Shown piece after piece: positions 39,960-49,828 of a stretch of 64,000 nucleotides of DNA. The position numbers and the translations under genes are program-made. Source of the stretch: a virus (Duplodnaviria > Caudoviricetes); the IMG/VR virus record IMGVR_UViG_2816332589_000001, positions 32,001-96,000 of that record. One strand, given 5' to 3'. Within the stretch, counting starts at the first letter, position 1; every line of letters begins with the position of its first letter. Under the pieces are notes generated by a model. The model worked only from the letters and a program-made list of their open reading frames with translations, was not told where the DNA came from and did not search any database.

Positions 39960-40571
39960 ATGCCCCGCCGTAAAAACCGCCGCTCCGACACCCCGGCGCG
40001 CGCCCGGCTGCTCACGCCGGATGTGGAGGCGCGCCTGATCGAGGCCAGTCGCGCCGGTCTCGCCGTGGACCTGGCGGCCGTCAATGCGGGCATCAGCCGG
40101 GCGACGTTCCTGCGGTGGATGGCCTACGGCCGTACCGAGGCCGTGGACCGCGCGGCCGGCAACGACCCGAACCCGGAGATGGACCGGTTCGTGGAGTTCT
40201 TCGAGAAGGTCGAGCGGGCCCGCGCCGCCGCCGCGCTCTCGGCCGCACTCGACATCCGGCGGGCCAGCCGTGGCGGCATCGTCACCACGCACCGCAAATT
40301 CGATCCGCACTCCGGCAAGGTGCTGGAGGAGACCGTCACCACGCCTCCCGACTGGCGCGCGGCGGCGTGGTACCTGGAACGCCAGCACCGCCGCCAGTAC
40401 GGCAAGGAAGACCACCTGGAGGTGGAGCTGACCGGCGCCGCGGGCGGCCCCGTCGCCGTGGAGAACACCGGCCCCTCGGCCGATCTCGCGACCCGCCTCG
40501 CCGAGACGTTGCACGCCCTCCAGTACCCCGACGACGAGCCCGACGACGCTCACGGCCCGGGCGACGACTGA
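39960..40571 (+). CDS. Putative terminase small subunit
   Basis: HTH AGISRATFLRW...DWRAAAWYLER...VELTGAAGGPV; leaderless from a late motif copy. Confidence 0.65.
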   Translation: MPRRKNRRSDTPARARLLTPDVEARLIEASRAGLAVDLAAVNAGISRATFLRWMAYGRTEAVDRAAGNDPNPEMDRFVEFFEKVERARAAAALSAALDIRRASRGGIVTTHRKFDPHSGKVLEETVTTPPDWRAAAWYLERQHRRQYGKEDHLEVELTGAAGGPVAVENTGPSADLATRLAETLHALQYPDDEPDDAHGPGDD

Positions 40572-40638
40572 GCCCGGGACGCAAACCCTCCCGGCCCCGC
40601 ACGGTGCTCCCTCCCTGCTCACCAGCACCGGAGGAACC

Positions 40639-41544
40639 GTGACCATCAACTACTACCCAGGGGCATCCCGGGCGTACGACTACTCGTCCCGCTACGAGGG
40701 CGACGTGATCAAGCCGAACTGCGGCGTCATCCACACCACCGAGGGCATGACCGTGCCGTCGTACGGCAACGGCGCCGAGGCCCCGAACGTCACCGCGAAG
40801 CCGAACTTCGCGGCCAAGCGCCTGGACTTCTACCAGCACTACTCCTTCGCCCGCTCCGCCCGTGCCCTCGTAAACGCCCGCGGGGGCGTCGAGACCAACA
40901 CGCTCAACTGCATACAGGTCGAGCTGGTGGGCACGTGCGACCCCGCGCACGCGAAGACCTGGAACGGCGCACGGGCGGGCGTGGACTACATCTACTGGCC
41001 GGCCGCGCCGGACTGGGCGCTGGACGCCCTGGCCACGTTCATGGCCTGGCAGTACAAGAACAACGGCATCCCGCTCACCGGGCCCTCGACGTGGCTGCCC
41101 TACCCGTCGTCGTACGGCAACACCCGGGCCCGGATGTCGTTCTCCGCCTGGAACGCCTTCAAGGGCTGGTGCGGGCACTCCCACGTCCCGGAGAACTTCC
41201 ACGGTGACCCCGGCAACATCGACTTCGCCAAGCTGCTCACCCTGGCGAAGGCGAAGGCGAACGTCACCGGCGGGACGCCCGGCGGCGGCCCCGCGCCGAA
41301 GCCGATGCCGCCGTTCCCCGGGGCCTCGTACTTCGGGCCGGGCAAGAACAACGGTCACATCACCATCCTCGGCAAGCAGCTGGTGAAGAAGGGCTTCGGC
41401 AAGCACTACACCAGCGGGCCGGGTCCGCGCTGGTCGGAGGCCGACCGCCGCAACGTCCGCGATTTCCAGCTCTCCCGCACCGAGCTCCGCGGCGATCCCG
41501 ACGGTATCCCCGGCCCGCTGACCTGGCGGCTCCTCTTCTCCTGA
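40639..41544 (+). CDS. Endolysin (N-acetylmuramoyl-L-alanine amidase plus peptidoglycan-binding domain)
   Basis: IHTTE, QVELVG, GHSHVPENFHGDPG; C-terminal DGIPGPLTW. Confidence 0.88.
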   Translation: MTINYYPGASRAYDYSSRYEGDVIKPNCGVIHTTEGMTVPSYGNGAEAPNVTAKPNFAAKRLDFYQHYSFARSARALVNARGGVETNTLNCIQVELVGTCDPAHAKTWNGARAGVDYIYWPAAPDWALDALATFMAWQYKNNGIPLTGPSTWLPYPSSYGNTRARMSFSAWNAFKGWCGHSHVPENFHGDPGNIDFAKLLTLAKAKANVTGGTPGGGPAPKPMPPFPGASYFGPGKNNGHITILGKQLVKKGFGKHYTSGPGPRWSEADRRNVRDFQLSRTELRGDPDGIPGPLTWRLLFS

Positions 41545-41607
41545 CCCACCCAACCGGTTGGCCCACTGCCCGGCGGGCCAACCGACGATCCTGAAAGGCC
41601 CGCTCCT

Positions 41608-42078
41608 GTGGCAGGCGAGACCGTCATCACCGTCATCGGCAACCTGGTCGATGACCCCGAACTGCGCTTCACTCCCTCCGGCTCCGCAGTCGCCAAGTTC
41701 CGCGTCGCATCCACGCCCCGCACCTTCGACCGGCAGGCCAACGAGTGGAAGGACGGCGACGCCCTGTTCCTGACCTGTCAGGTATGGCGCCAGGCGGCGG
41801 AGAACGTGGCGGAGTCCCTGACCCGTGGCACACGCGTCATCGCACAGGGACGGCTGAAGCAGCGCTCGTACGAAGACCGCGAGGGGGTGAAGCGCACGGT
41901 CTACGAGCTGGACGTGGAAGAGGTCGGCCCGGCTCTGTCCCGGGCGACCGCGAAGGTGACCAAGTCCTCGGCTCCGCGTTCGGGTTCAGGGCCGGCGGCC
42001 TCTGCGAGCCCGGCCGACAACGCCCCGTCGTGGGCCAGCGCCCCGAAGGCCGGCCGTCAGCCGGAGCCGCCGTTCTAA
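41608..42078 (+). CDS. ssb: Single-stranded DNA-binding protein
   Basis: Canonical actinobacterial SSB ([25 protein letters not shown]...EPPF). Confidence 0.95.
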   Translation: MAGETVITVIGNLVDDPELRFTPSGSAVAKFRVASTPRTFDRQANEWKDGDALFLTCQVWRQAAENVAESLTRGTRVIAQGRLKQRSYEDREGVKRTVYELDVEEVGPALSRATAKVTKSSAPRSGSGPAASASPADNAPSWASAPKAGRQPEPPF

Positions 42079-43637
42079 GCAGCCCACGCGGCAGGCAGGG
42101 CTTCCAGGGCCAGGCCATGATCCTCCGGCTCCTCCGTCATGGGAGGGGCCGGAGGCGTTTCCGGGGTGGGGGTGGCCTGCTCTTCGGCGTGCGCCTCAGG
42201 CTTATCGGCTACCGGCTCCGCGGGTTCGTCACCGACGGGCAGACCGGGCTGTTCCTCGACAGGAGCGGGCCCTGATGGGTCGGCAGACTCAGGTTGCTCG
42301 GGAGCCGGCGCCGGGTCAGAGGGCTCGGGCGGGGGCATGGTGGGCGTCTTCGGCTTGGCGTCCGTGTCCGTTCCGCGGTCCTCCGTAGGGGTGCCGGTGT
42401 CCGCCGGCGTGTAGGTGGAGGGCGCGGGACCGCCCGTCGGCTTCCGAGCCGGGGCGGGAGCGCTGACAACGGCAGTGGAATCGGCCTTGACCTGGGGCTC
42501 AACGCGACTGCTCTGCGGGCCGCTCGTCGCATCCACCACCACGGCGACCGCGTCGTTCGGCCCGGCGGGTGTGATGTCGAGCTGAGAGCTGGCGGCGCTG
42601 CCGAGTACCAGCTGTACCGCGCGCAGGAGCTGGACGGACTGCGCGTCATCACCCCGCACGGCGGCCTGAATCGCCTCCTCGGTGACGCCGAGCGTTCCGA
42701 AGGCGAGAGTGGCCAGCCGAGACGGCAGCGGCGCGCCGGCCCCCGTAGGCCCTGAGAACATCGCCGGGTCCGCATGGCCCCTGTGTTGGCTCTGGCTGTG
42801 CTGTTCGGCGACGACGCTGCGCTCCCACTCCGTCAGGCGCTTGTCATCGGTGCCCCACAGCACGATCCGATCGTGCTGCCGCACGTTGTGGTACAGGTCC
42901 TTGTTGCCCTCCTCGGCGGCCCAGGCCGAAGCGGACTCCTCGTCGGGAAAGACGCGGAAGCCGACTTTCTCGAAGTCGTAGGAGAACGTGAACGCGGTGG
43001 AGGTGCCGACGGACGCCTCCGAGGTCATGACCTTTCCATCGGAGTCCACGCACTTCGCCTCGTACGGCCCCATGGGGTCGCATTTCATCTGACCGCCCTT
43101 GGCGATCTTCTCGAAGTCCGGGTTCCGGTAAGTGCTCGCGGCGACCTGGTCGTCCGCGTTGACAGGCTTGTCGTTCTGGCTGACGGGCGGGGCGGCAGCC
43201 GTGGGGGGCACGGAGCTTCTGGGAGCCGGGTTCAGCCACTGGGCCAGGATCGCGCCGCCGACGAGAGCGGGCGCGGCCACCGCAGCGATCCTCGCCCAGC
43301 GCGGAGGGCGGGGCCGCCGGTGCGCACCGACTTCCTTCACCGGCGCGGGCGGGACGACGCCGGCGGCGGGCGCCGCCTCAAAGCGGGGGATGTTCTGGTG
43401 GGCGCCCAGCCGCTCGTTCATCTCGATGATGTTCCGGCAGTGCGTACGCACGAGTTCTTGAGCCTCGTAGCGCTCCAGCTCCGGGCAGACGCGCAGGATG
43501 CTCTTGACCGCGGAATCGAAGGACTGATTGGGCGAGACGAACAGGTAAGTGATGCCCTCATCGACCTTCTCGAAGGTCACGGCATCCGCACCGTGGTCTT
43601 CTTCCAGAATGCGCAGGTGGGCGGTGCTGCTGCTCAC
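42075..43637 (-). CDS. Single-pass membrane protein with a Pro-rich C-terminus
   Basis: Transmembrane segment near aa 115-135; coupled to the upstream gene. Confidence 0.72.
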   Translation of the reverse strand: MSSSTAHLRILEEDHGADAVTFEKVDEGITYLFVSPNQSFDSAVKSILRVCPELERYEAQELVRTHCRNIIEMNERLGAHQNIPRFEAAPAAGVVPPAPVKEVGAHRRPRPPRWARIAAVAAPALVGGAILAQWLNPAPRSSVPPTAAAPPVSQNDKPVNADDQVAASTYRNPDFEKIAKGGQMKCDPMGPYEAKCVDSDGKVMTSEASVGTSTAFTFSYDFEKVGFRVFPDEESASAWAAEEGNKDLYHNVRQHDRIVLWGTDDKRLTEWERSVVAEQHSQSQHRGHADPAMFSGPTGAGAPLPSRLATLAFGTLGVTEEAIQAAVRGDDAQSVQLLRAVQLVLGSAASSQLDITPAGPNDAVAVVVDATSGPQSSRVEPQVKADSTAVVSAPAPARKPTGGPAPSTYTPADTGTPTEDRGTDTDAKPKTPTMPPPEPSDPAPAPEQPESADPSGPAPVEEQPGLPVGDEPAEPVADKPEAHAEEQATPTPETPPAPPMTEEPEDHGLALEALPAAWAA

Positions 43638-44017
43638 TGATTGCGGTCCGGAGCGTTCTGTCGCAGCCGGGCTGCGATGCTCGCGGCGATGCCTTCGAGG
43701 CGCGCATCGTCAATGCCCTCGATGTCGGCGACGGCAAGGCGCATACCCGGGCCGGCCTTGGCCTCCCGGGTATGGATGCCGGGGTCAGCGAGGTCTTCGG
43801 CGTGGTCGGCGCTGCTTTGGGGGCGGGCGCGGCGGTCGGCCTCGCGCATCATCGCGTCGAATGCGCGTGAGCGTGCGCTTTCGCTGATGGCGGGAGTGGA
43901 CCGGAGAGCGTTCGCGGCCATCACCATGCTGGTGATCTCCGGGTTTTCAGGTTCGGCGTCGCCGGACAGGCAGCGGTCAAGCTGCACTGCTGCGGCGCTA
44001 TCCCTTCGACCCAGCAT
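43634..44017 (-). CDS. Putative anti-sigma factor
   Basis: Overlaps the 3' end of the sigma gene; short helical protein. Confidence 0.5.
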   Translation of the reverse strand: MLGRRDSAAAVQLDRCLSGDAEPENPEITSMVMAANALRSTPAISESARSRAFDAMMREADRRARPQSSADHAEDLADPGIHTREAKAGPGMRLAVADIEGIDDARLEGIAASIAARLRQNAPDRNQ

Positions 44018-44717
44018 CGTTCTTCTCCCTCAGCATCACTGGCGTGGCACGGCCATCGTCCCGCGGTCCGTCCGCGGCAGACAGCAGGTACGCCGCCAAG
44101 GTGCTGTCGCGCTCTGGCATGAGAGTGCGCAGCCGGGCGAGCGCACGGTACTGCAACACGCGAATCGTACCTACTGGCTTGCCCATAATTTCCGCCGTCT
44201 CAGCGGTTGTATGCCCAGACGTGATGCGAAGAGCCAGGACAAGCTGCTGGTCGTCCGACAGTTTGTCCAGCTTTCTCCGGATGGCTTCCCCCAGCTCGTT
44301 CCACTCGGCTCTCTCCTCGGGGCCCATCTCGGTGCTCGGGTAGTCGAGCTGCCAGAAGTCGCTGGTCGGCTTCTCGAAACCCCTGTTGCGCATCGGCCGG
44401 AAATAGTCGTTGTAGACGTTGCGGGCGATCGCGAAGACCCACGCCCGGATGCCGTGGCCGTCGTAGCTGTCGATCTTCTGCACGACCTTGACGAACGTCT
44501 CCTGGGCCAAGTCCTCGGCGGTGGAGGGGTCTTGGATGCGCGCGTTCATGAAGCGAACGATCGGCTCGTACATGACGCCGAAGACCTCAGCGAGTGCCGC
44601 CTTGTTGCTCGGGTCCTTGGCAGCGCGGGCCGCGGCGGCTTCCAGGGGGCTCCCGAACTCGCCGTCGCACGACGTGGTTTTGCTCGCGCTGGGCGTGCTG
44701 GGCATGTACCGCCTCAC
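43998..44717 (-). CDS. ECF sigma-70 factor (BldN-like)
   Basis: Region 2 TAEDLAQETF...AWVFAIARN; region 4 AETAEIMGKPVGTIRVLQYRAL. Confidence 0.9.
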   Translation of the reverse strand: MRRYMPSTPSASKTTSCDGEFGSPLEAAAARAAKDPSNKAALAEVFGVMYEPIVRFMNARIQDPSTAEDLAQETFVKVVQKIDSYDGHGIRAWVFAIARNVYNDYFRPMRNRGFEKPTSDFWQLDYPSTEMGPEERAEWNELGEAIRRKLDKLSDDQQLVLALRITSGHTTAETAEIMGKPVGTIRVLQYRALARLRTLMPERDSTLAAYLLSAADGPRDDGRATPVMLREKNDAGSKG

Positions 44718-45094
44718 TCCGCTCTTGATCGGCCTCGGAACGACATCTTCCGACAGGGGCGAACGCGTGCGCTACTACCAAATCGCACGTGAGATCGAAA
44801 AAGTTGCGGTTGCCTCAAAAGCCCGGAATGCGACAAGTTGATCAGGTTGCTCCTGCTTACAGGTCGGGCAAACCGGGTCAGACCGTCCGTGCTGCACGCT
44901 CGTTGAACGCCGTACGGGCACAGTGCCCGTTGCCGAACCGTTACCGAGGCTCGGCCGTGTCGCACACCTTTCCCAAATCCGCCTGCTCATGCGCACCCGG
45001 TGCGCCTGGCTGACGCGGGACGTGGTGTGCACTAAGGTGTGTGGCCATCGCCCGGGGACGAGCAACCCGGCATCAACCAGTGAAGGGAGCGGCC

Positions 45095-45331
45095 GTGGAC
45101 CAGGCCCGCTTGGCAGACCGGATAAACCGGCTCCCGTACGAGCAATGGCTGCCCGCCGACGAGAGCGCCGGGATCATCGGTGTGTCCGCGCCCGAGGCGG
45201 CCAAGTTGCTGCGCGCCGGCCGCCGACACGGAATGCTGACCGTGCGCCGTGTGGACGACGGCCGCCTGCTGTTCATGCGCATCCGCCGGCGCCCTACCAC
45301 CAGGATCATCCGCACCGGTGTATCGGCATGA
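45095..45331 (+). CDS. Small winged-helix protein
   Basis: GGGAG RBS; ESAGIIGVSAPEAAKLLR. Confidence 0.6.
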   Translation: MDQARLADRINRLPYEQWLPADESAGIIGVSAPEAAKLLRAGRRHGMLTVRRVDDGRLLFMRIRRRPTTRIIRTGVSA

Positions 45332-45711
45332 CGGCCCGCCCCAGTGACACCCTCGACATCGACGTGATCGCGCTGTACCTCTCGGGCTGGAGCTGCCACC
45401 CTCTGGACACGCTCTTCCACGAGGACGTCGAGGACCGCATCCTGAGCACCCGCGAGGCTTACGTCCGCCGTGGCCTGACGGTGGACCAGGCGCTGCGCGC
45501 CGACTTCGACCGGGCTGCGGGGCAGCAGGGCATCGACCGCGAGGAACTGGAGGCCGCCCGCGGCGCGGTCTCGCGCTTCCGCTTCGATCTCCTGCCCAGC
45601 GACCCTGACCACCCTGACGCCTTCTTCGGCTATGACCAATTCGGCCTGCCACTCTCCAACCGCGACCTCGCGGACATCTACTACGGTGAGGTGCCGGATG
45701 GTTCAGCTTGA
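45328..45711 (+). CDS. Hypothetical protein
   Basis: ATGA coupling with the upstream gene; good codon bias. Confidence 0.6.
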   Translation: MTARPSDTLDIDVIALYLSGWSCHPLDTLFHEDVEDRILSTREAYVRRGLTVDQALRADFDRAAGQQGIDREELEAARGAVSRFRFDLLPSDPDHPDAFFGYDQFGLPLSNRDLADIYYGEVPDGSA

Positions 45712-45716
45712 GTACG

Positions 45717-45834
45717 GTTTGATAACCGGCCCCAGGCCCGTTCTTCCCAGGTGCCCGCGCGTCAGCGCGGCCCCGGGTTCGCGCGATGAAAAGACGCAGC
45801 AGCGTGGCGGGGGGCCTGGGGCCGGTTATCAAAC
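45717..45834. repeat. Perfect 23-bp inverted repeat enclosing 72 bp
   Basis: GTTTGATAACCGGCCCCAGGCCC at 45717-45739 and its exact reverse complement at 45812-45834. Confidence 0.9.
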
Positions 45835-45949
45835 TATCCTGACCAGCGGTACTACTCACGGGGGCGGAAGAACGCCGCAGGTACCGGCCTGCGGCGCAGC
45901 CTACGGGCAGGGCTCGCCCTGCCCGGTGATGCGACCCGGGAACGATTGG

Positions 45950-46495
45950 ATGGCGGAGGCAAGCATCTCGGCATGGCGCTCGCGCGCCCTCCTGAGACTG
46001 GACAGCGCGCGCAGAGCCCAACGTGCCGAAGACGTGGCGGAGATCCTTGCCGAGCTGCGCGACGTGCACGTGGCTCTCGGCGAGCGGCGTACGGGCTCGC
46101 CCGAGGAACAGCGGGAGTACCTCCTCGCCCGCAGCACCAACACCCCGCTGCCGGAGCTCCACGCCGCGGGGATCAACACCAACGACTGGCCGGCACCGCC
46201 GCACTCCTCCCCCGCCCGACCGGGCTTCGTCTCTACCTCGCGCGACACCGAGCAGAGGATCACCAGCCTCTTCGAGTCCGCCGGCCCGCTCGGCGACCTC
46301 CAGCCGCGCGGGCCGCGGTACGAGGTGCGCTACAGGCCGCAGGACCGCCAGCGCTACAAGCAGGTCCCCCTGGACTGGGCCATCTGGGACACCGAGACGG
46401 ACCTCCCGATCGCGTACCACCAGGACAAGGAGCTGGCCGAGTATCAGGCCGACAACGCGTCCGCGCGGTACGCCGAGCAACGGGAGGCCATCTGA
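45950..46495 (+). CDS. Hypothetical protein (start uncertain)
   Basis: Good codon bias in the 3' portion of the ORF. Confidence 0.6.
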   Translation: MAEASISAWRSRALLRLDSARRAQRAEDVAEILAELRDVHVALGERRTGSPEEQREYLLARSTNTPLPELHAAGINTNDWPAPPHSSPARPGFVSTSRDTEQRITSLFESAGPLGDLQPRGPRYEVRYRPQDRQRYKQVPLDWAIWDTETDLPIAYHQDKELAEYQADNASARYAEQREAI

Positions 46496-47165
46496 GAGCA
46501 CGTCACCGGCGCGGCGCGCCCGCCCAGGTGGCCCACCAGGGGGATGAGAAGGTCTAGTCTGTCCCCACGATTACCGTCGGCGATCATGTGCCCTCTTCTG
46601 AAGGCTCCGCCGCCGGCACACGACCACAAGACCACAACGGCAAAAGCCCCGCCGCTCGCTGCAAATAAGGCGTCCAAACCTTGCAGCAAGCACCTTGCGG
46701 GGCCGCGCCGGAGACCTAGCTAAGGATCGGTCTCGATGAGCACCAATGTACCCGCCCCCGGGTGGGATCACGCAATGAGAAGGCCCACCGGGCGGCGCGT
46801 CGTGCGCCGACTTCCGGTGGGCCTTGAGGCGTTCGTTGGTGGTTCTGGTCTTCGCTCCCCCTCGACGGAGGTCTGCCTTACGCATTCGGCGATCATGGCA
46901 TCCGCTCTGTCCGTCTCTCCCCCTTCGGAGGTCGTCGTGACCTAGTCCTACCTGGCTGTGCGCCCCGGGGCCGTTGGCAGCGGCATCCGAGCGTGCAGTC
47001 CCTCTTCGCGGCTGGCTCGTTGGCGACGAGTTGACCGCGGTGTTACTCGGCCCCTGGCGTGGGGCTGTTGGTCCCCCGCACACAAGTGCGGTTTCACCGG
47101 TTCTTCCCAGAACCCCCGTTTCCGGGGGCCTTCGTGCGCTCTCGGAACCCCAAGAGCACGGAGTC

Positions 47166-48551
47166 ATGATGCCCCATGTCGTTGCGCGCGGCCAGTCCAT
47201 CCCGCCGACGCGCCGAGAATCAGATCCGTCGAGCATCGTCGCGGCATCGTCGCGGCATCGTCGGAACATCCCCGCGAAGGTGATCGCGACCGTCACCCGC
47301 GGCCTGTCGCCCCAGATGGCCCGTCTGCTCCTGGAGGGCGACACGGAGTGCCGGTACATGGGCCGCAACGACAGCGAGGAGGGGTATCGGCTGACGATGG
47401 CGCTGGCCGTCGCCGCCTCCCAGCCCGGCCGGGCCTGGTCGCCGGCCGACTTCCACCGCGCACTGATCTACACCCCGACGGAGGCCGGTAGCTGGGCTCG
47501 CAGGCTGCGGGCGAACAAGGGGCCGGAGTACGCCGAGGGCAAGCTGACCGCGATGTTGCTCAAGGCACGCCAGCATGTCGCGGAGCGGCCTCCCATCACC
47601 TGCCGTCCCAGCGGCTGGGAGGCCGTGGCGCGGGCACGCGCGGTCGTGGACCGGATGGTGTGGCGCTGCAAAGGCGGAGGCGACACGGACCTGAAGAACC
47701 TCGCGGCGCGCCTGGAGCTGTGCGAGAAGACCGGCGGCTTCGACCATGAACTGTCCATTCGCCGACAGGCTGAGCTGATGGGGTGCGCGAAGCAGACAGC
47801 GGCCAACAGCAACAAGCGACTCAAGAAGCACGGCCTCCTGATTCGGGACGCTTCCGGCGCGGGGACTGACCACGGGTCGAGGTGGCGGCTCACGGTGGAT
47901 GAACTGTCTCTGCGCCGCTGGGCCAAGGAGAGAGAAGACGATGGTGCAGGACCAGGACACCGTCCAGCCGCAGGGACAGGGGGGGGCAGGACCAGTGTCC
48001 CAGGTGTGCACACCGACACCAGGAAGCTCGCCGGTCTCGTGTCCCACGACGCCTTCCACCGCTATGGCCACGGCACCACCGGCGCCCGGATTCTCGCCTC
48101 GCTCGACGTGACGGAGGGCAAGAGCGCCCGCGAGCTGCGCGAGGCCCTGGCGGTGCACCGCACGACCATCAGCCGACGCCTCGCCCTACTGGTGGAGGAC
48201 GGCCTGGTGGTGGAGCTGGAGGGCCTGTACTACCTGGCGAAGCCCCTTGCGGGGCCCGCCGGTGAGCTGGAGGCGGACGCGGCACTGCTCGACGCCTCCG
48301 CCGAGCGGAGGGGCACGGCCGGCGCGGGCGAACGGCGCCGCCAGAGGCACGCTCGCGACCGGGTCACCTACCAGCGGTGGCGGGCGGAGAAGAAGCAGCG
48401 GCGCGAGCGCGAGCGCGAGCCCCTGCGCCTGGTGCCTGAGGGAGTGGTGAACGAGGAGACCGGCGAGATCATCGACCCGGAATGGCGAGGATGGGACGTG
48501 TCGGACCCGTTCCGGCCCGTACCGCTGCCGCAATGGGCGGCGACGGCGTGA
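47166..48551 (+). CDS. Rep-like protein with two winged-helix domains (start uncertain)
   Basis: LSIRRQAELMGCAKQTAA and SARELREALAVHRTTISRRL..LVEDGLV; preceded by a ~650-bp non-coding region. Confidence 0.6.
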   Translation: MMPHVVARGQSIPPTRRESDPSSIVAASSRHRRNIPAKVIATVTRGLSPQMARLLLEGDTECRYMGRNDSEEGYRLTMALAVAASQPGRAWSPADFHRALIYTPTEAGSWARRLRANKGPEYAEGKLTAMLLKARQHVAERPPITCRPSGWEAVARARAVVDRMVWRCKGGGDTDLKNLAARLELCEKTGGFDHELSIRRQAELMGCAKQTAANSNKRLKKHGLLIRDASGAGTDHGSRWRLTVDELSLRRWAKEREDDGAGPGHRPAAGTGGGRTSVPGVHTDTRKLAGLVSHDAFHRYGHGTTGARILASLDVTEGKSARELREALAVHRTTISRRLALLVEDGLVVELEGLYYLAKPLAGPAGELEADAALLDASAERRGTAGAGERRRQRHARDRVTYQRWRAEKKQRREREREPLRLVPEGVVNEETGEIIDPEWRGWDVSDPFRPVPLPQWAATA

Positions 48552-48579
48552 TGAAGGTGTTCACCGTGGGAACACCCGC

Positions 48580-49080
48580 TTAGCGGCGTACGGCGGCCCA
48601 CGTCTGGTGCACGCCGTTCTCGAAGTGCGTGCCATAGTCCGCAGCGATCGCCTTCACCAGGTGCAGCCCGATCGTGATGTCGGCCGCAACTTGGGGAAGT
48701 TGGTGCTCATGCTCAACGCTGAGGAAGACGTGCTCCGCGTCCACCCACACCGCGCACACCAGCGAATCGCCCTCAGTGAGGGGGTAGGTGATCGTCGTGA
48801 TCTCCGAGAGGCAGGTCTCCACCCGCCGGACGACAGCTTCCGACGCGCTGTCAGCGGTCAGCATGAGCCGGAGCATGGTGCGAGCCACCTCGCGCACCTT
48901 GTACACAGCGGTGCCGGTGGCCGGGACGGTGAAGCGAGAGCGTCGGGTGATGGCGAGGCCGTTTGGCAGAGAGGGCTTCTTGGGGAAAGCGTGGCGGCTG
49001 AAGCGCAGTGAGAGCGTCAGCGCGCTGTGGGCGTCGCTCGAAGCTGCATGGGTCGGAGCCCAGGGCTCCGGAGTGCTCAT
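48580..49080 (-). CDS. Degenerate HATPase_c/RsbW-like protein (start uncertain)
   Basis: VREVAR...ETCLSEITT...IGLHLVKAIAADYG...TWA; transcribed divergently from the XRE gene. Confidence 0.55.
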   Translation of the reverse strand: MSTPEPWAPTHAASSDAHSALTLSLRFSRHAFPKKPSLPNGLAITRRSRFTVPATGTAVYKVREVARTMLRLMLTADSASEAVVRRVETCLSEITTITYPLTEGDSLVCAVWVDAEHVFLSVEHEHQLPQVAADITIGLHLVKAIAADYGTHFENGVHQTWAAVRR

Positions 49081-49339
49081 CACTCTAAGTTCCGCTCCAT
49101 TCGCAACCAGGGGCTTACAACCGCGCCGCACAGGAGAAGTCCCTGGCTGGCTTCCCCGAACACGCCGAGGAAGCGATGGAACGTTGCTGCCGGAGACCGG
49201 CGAGCCGATCACAGGCGTGCCTCCTTCGATGTGCGACGCAGCGTGTTCGACCGATCGCCCTCTTTCGGCCATGAACCTAAGCATCCGGTCCGGCGAGCGT
49301 CAACTATTGTTTAGGCAGACCGAGAGGAAGCAGCGCGCC

Positions 49340-49828
49340 GTGGCTCATAGAGACGAGATACCGGACACCGGGGTGTCGGCCCAGTCCCCCGTGCCCGTAC
49401 CGGGCCCCGGAGCGTCGTTCGCCGACCGCCTGAATTACCTGTTCGACCGGGTGCGCTCGCCGGGGGCCGACGAGTTCAGCAACGCGCACGTCGCCCGCAC
49501 GATCGCCGCCTACGGCGAGGAGAACCGCTGTACTGGCGCCTACCTGAGCAAGTTGCGCAAGGGCGAGTCCCAGCCGACCGTCGGGATCGTGAAGGTGATC
49601 GCCCGCTTCTTCGGCGTGAAGGCCAGCTACTTCCTCGACGACGAGGAGCGGGAGAAGGTCACCGCGCAGTTCGAGCTGCTGCGGAAGCTGAGCGATGCGG
49701 GCGTGACCGGTGTCGCCCTGCGCGCCATCGGCCTGTCGCCGAAGAGCCTGGGCGAAGTGGTGAAGAAGATCGACGCCGTACGCAAGCAGGAGGGCCTGCC
49801 GCCCGCGCCCGAGGAGCCCCTGCCGTGA
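49340..49828 (+). CDS. XRE/EspR-like HTH regulator
   Basis: FADRLNYLF...AYLSKLRKG...PT...IARFFGV..YF...VALRA.GLSP. Confidence 0.85.
   Translation: MAHRDEIPDTGVSAQSPVPVPGPGASFADRLNYLFDRVRSPGADEFSNAHVARTIAAYGEENRCTGAYLSKLRKGESQPTVGIVKVIARFFGVKASYFLDDEEREKVTAQFELLRKLSDAGVTGVALRAIGLSPKSLGEVVKKIDAVRKQEGLPPAPEEPLP

Larger units (their letters stand above)
4804..40605 (+). promoter_or_regulatory. Dispersed late-promoter motif, 15 copies
   Basis: G(A/G/C)GACG-S-W-A-R-C, with 17-18 nt from the hexamer to an NANNNT -10 (most often YACGGT); positions are listed in findings. Confidence 0.8.
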
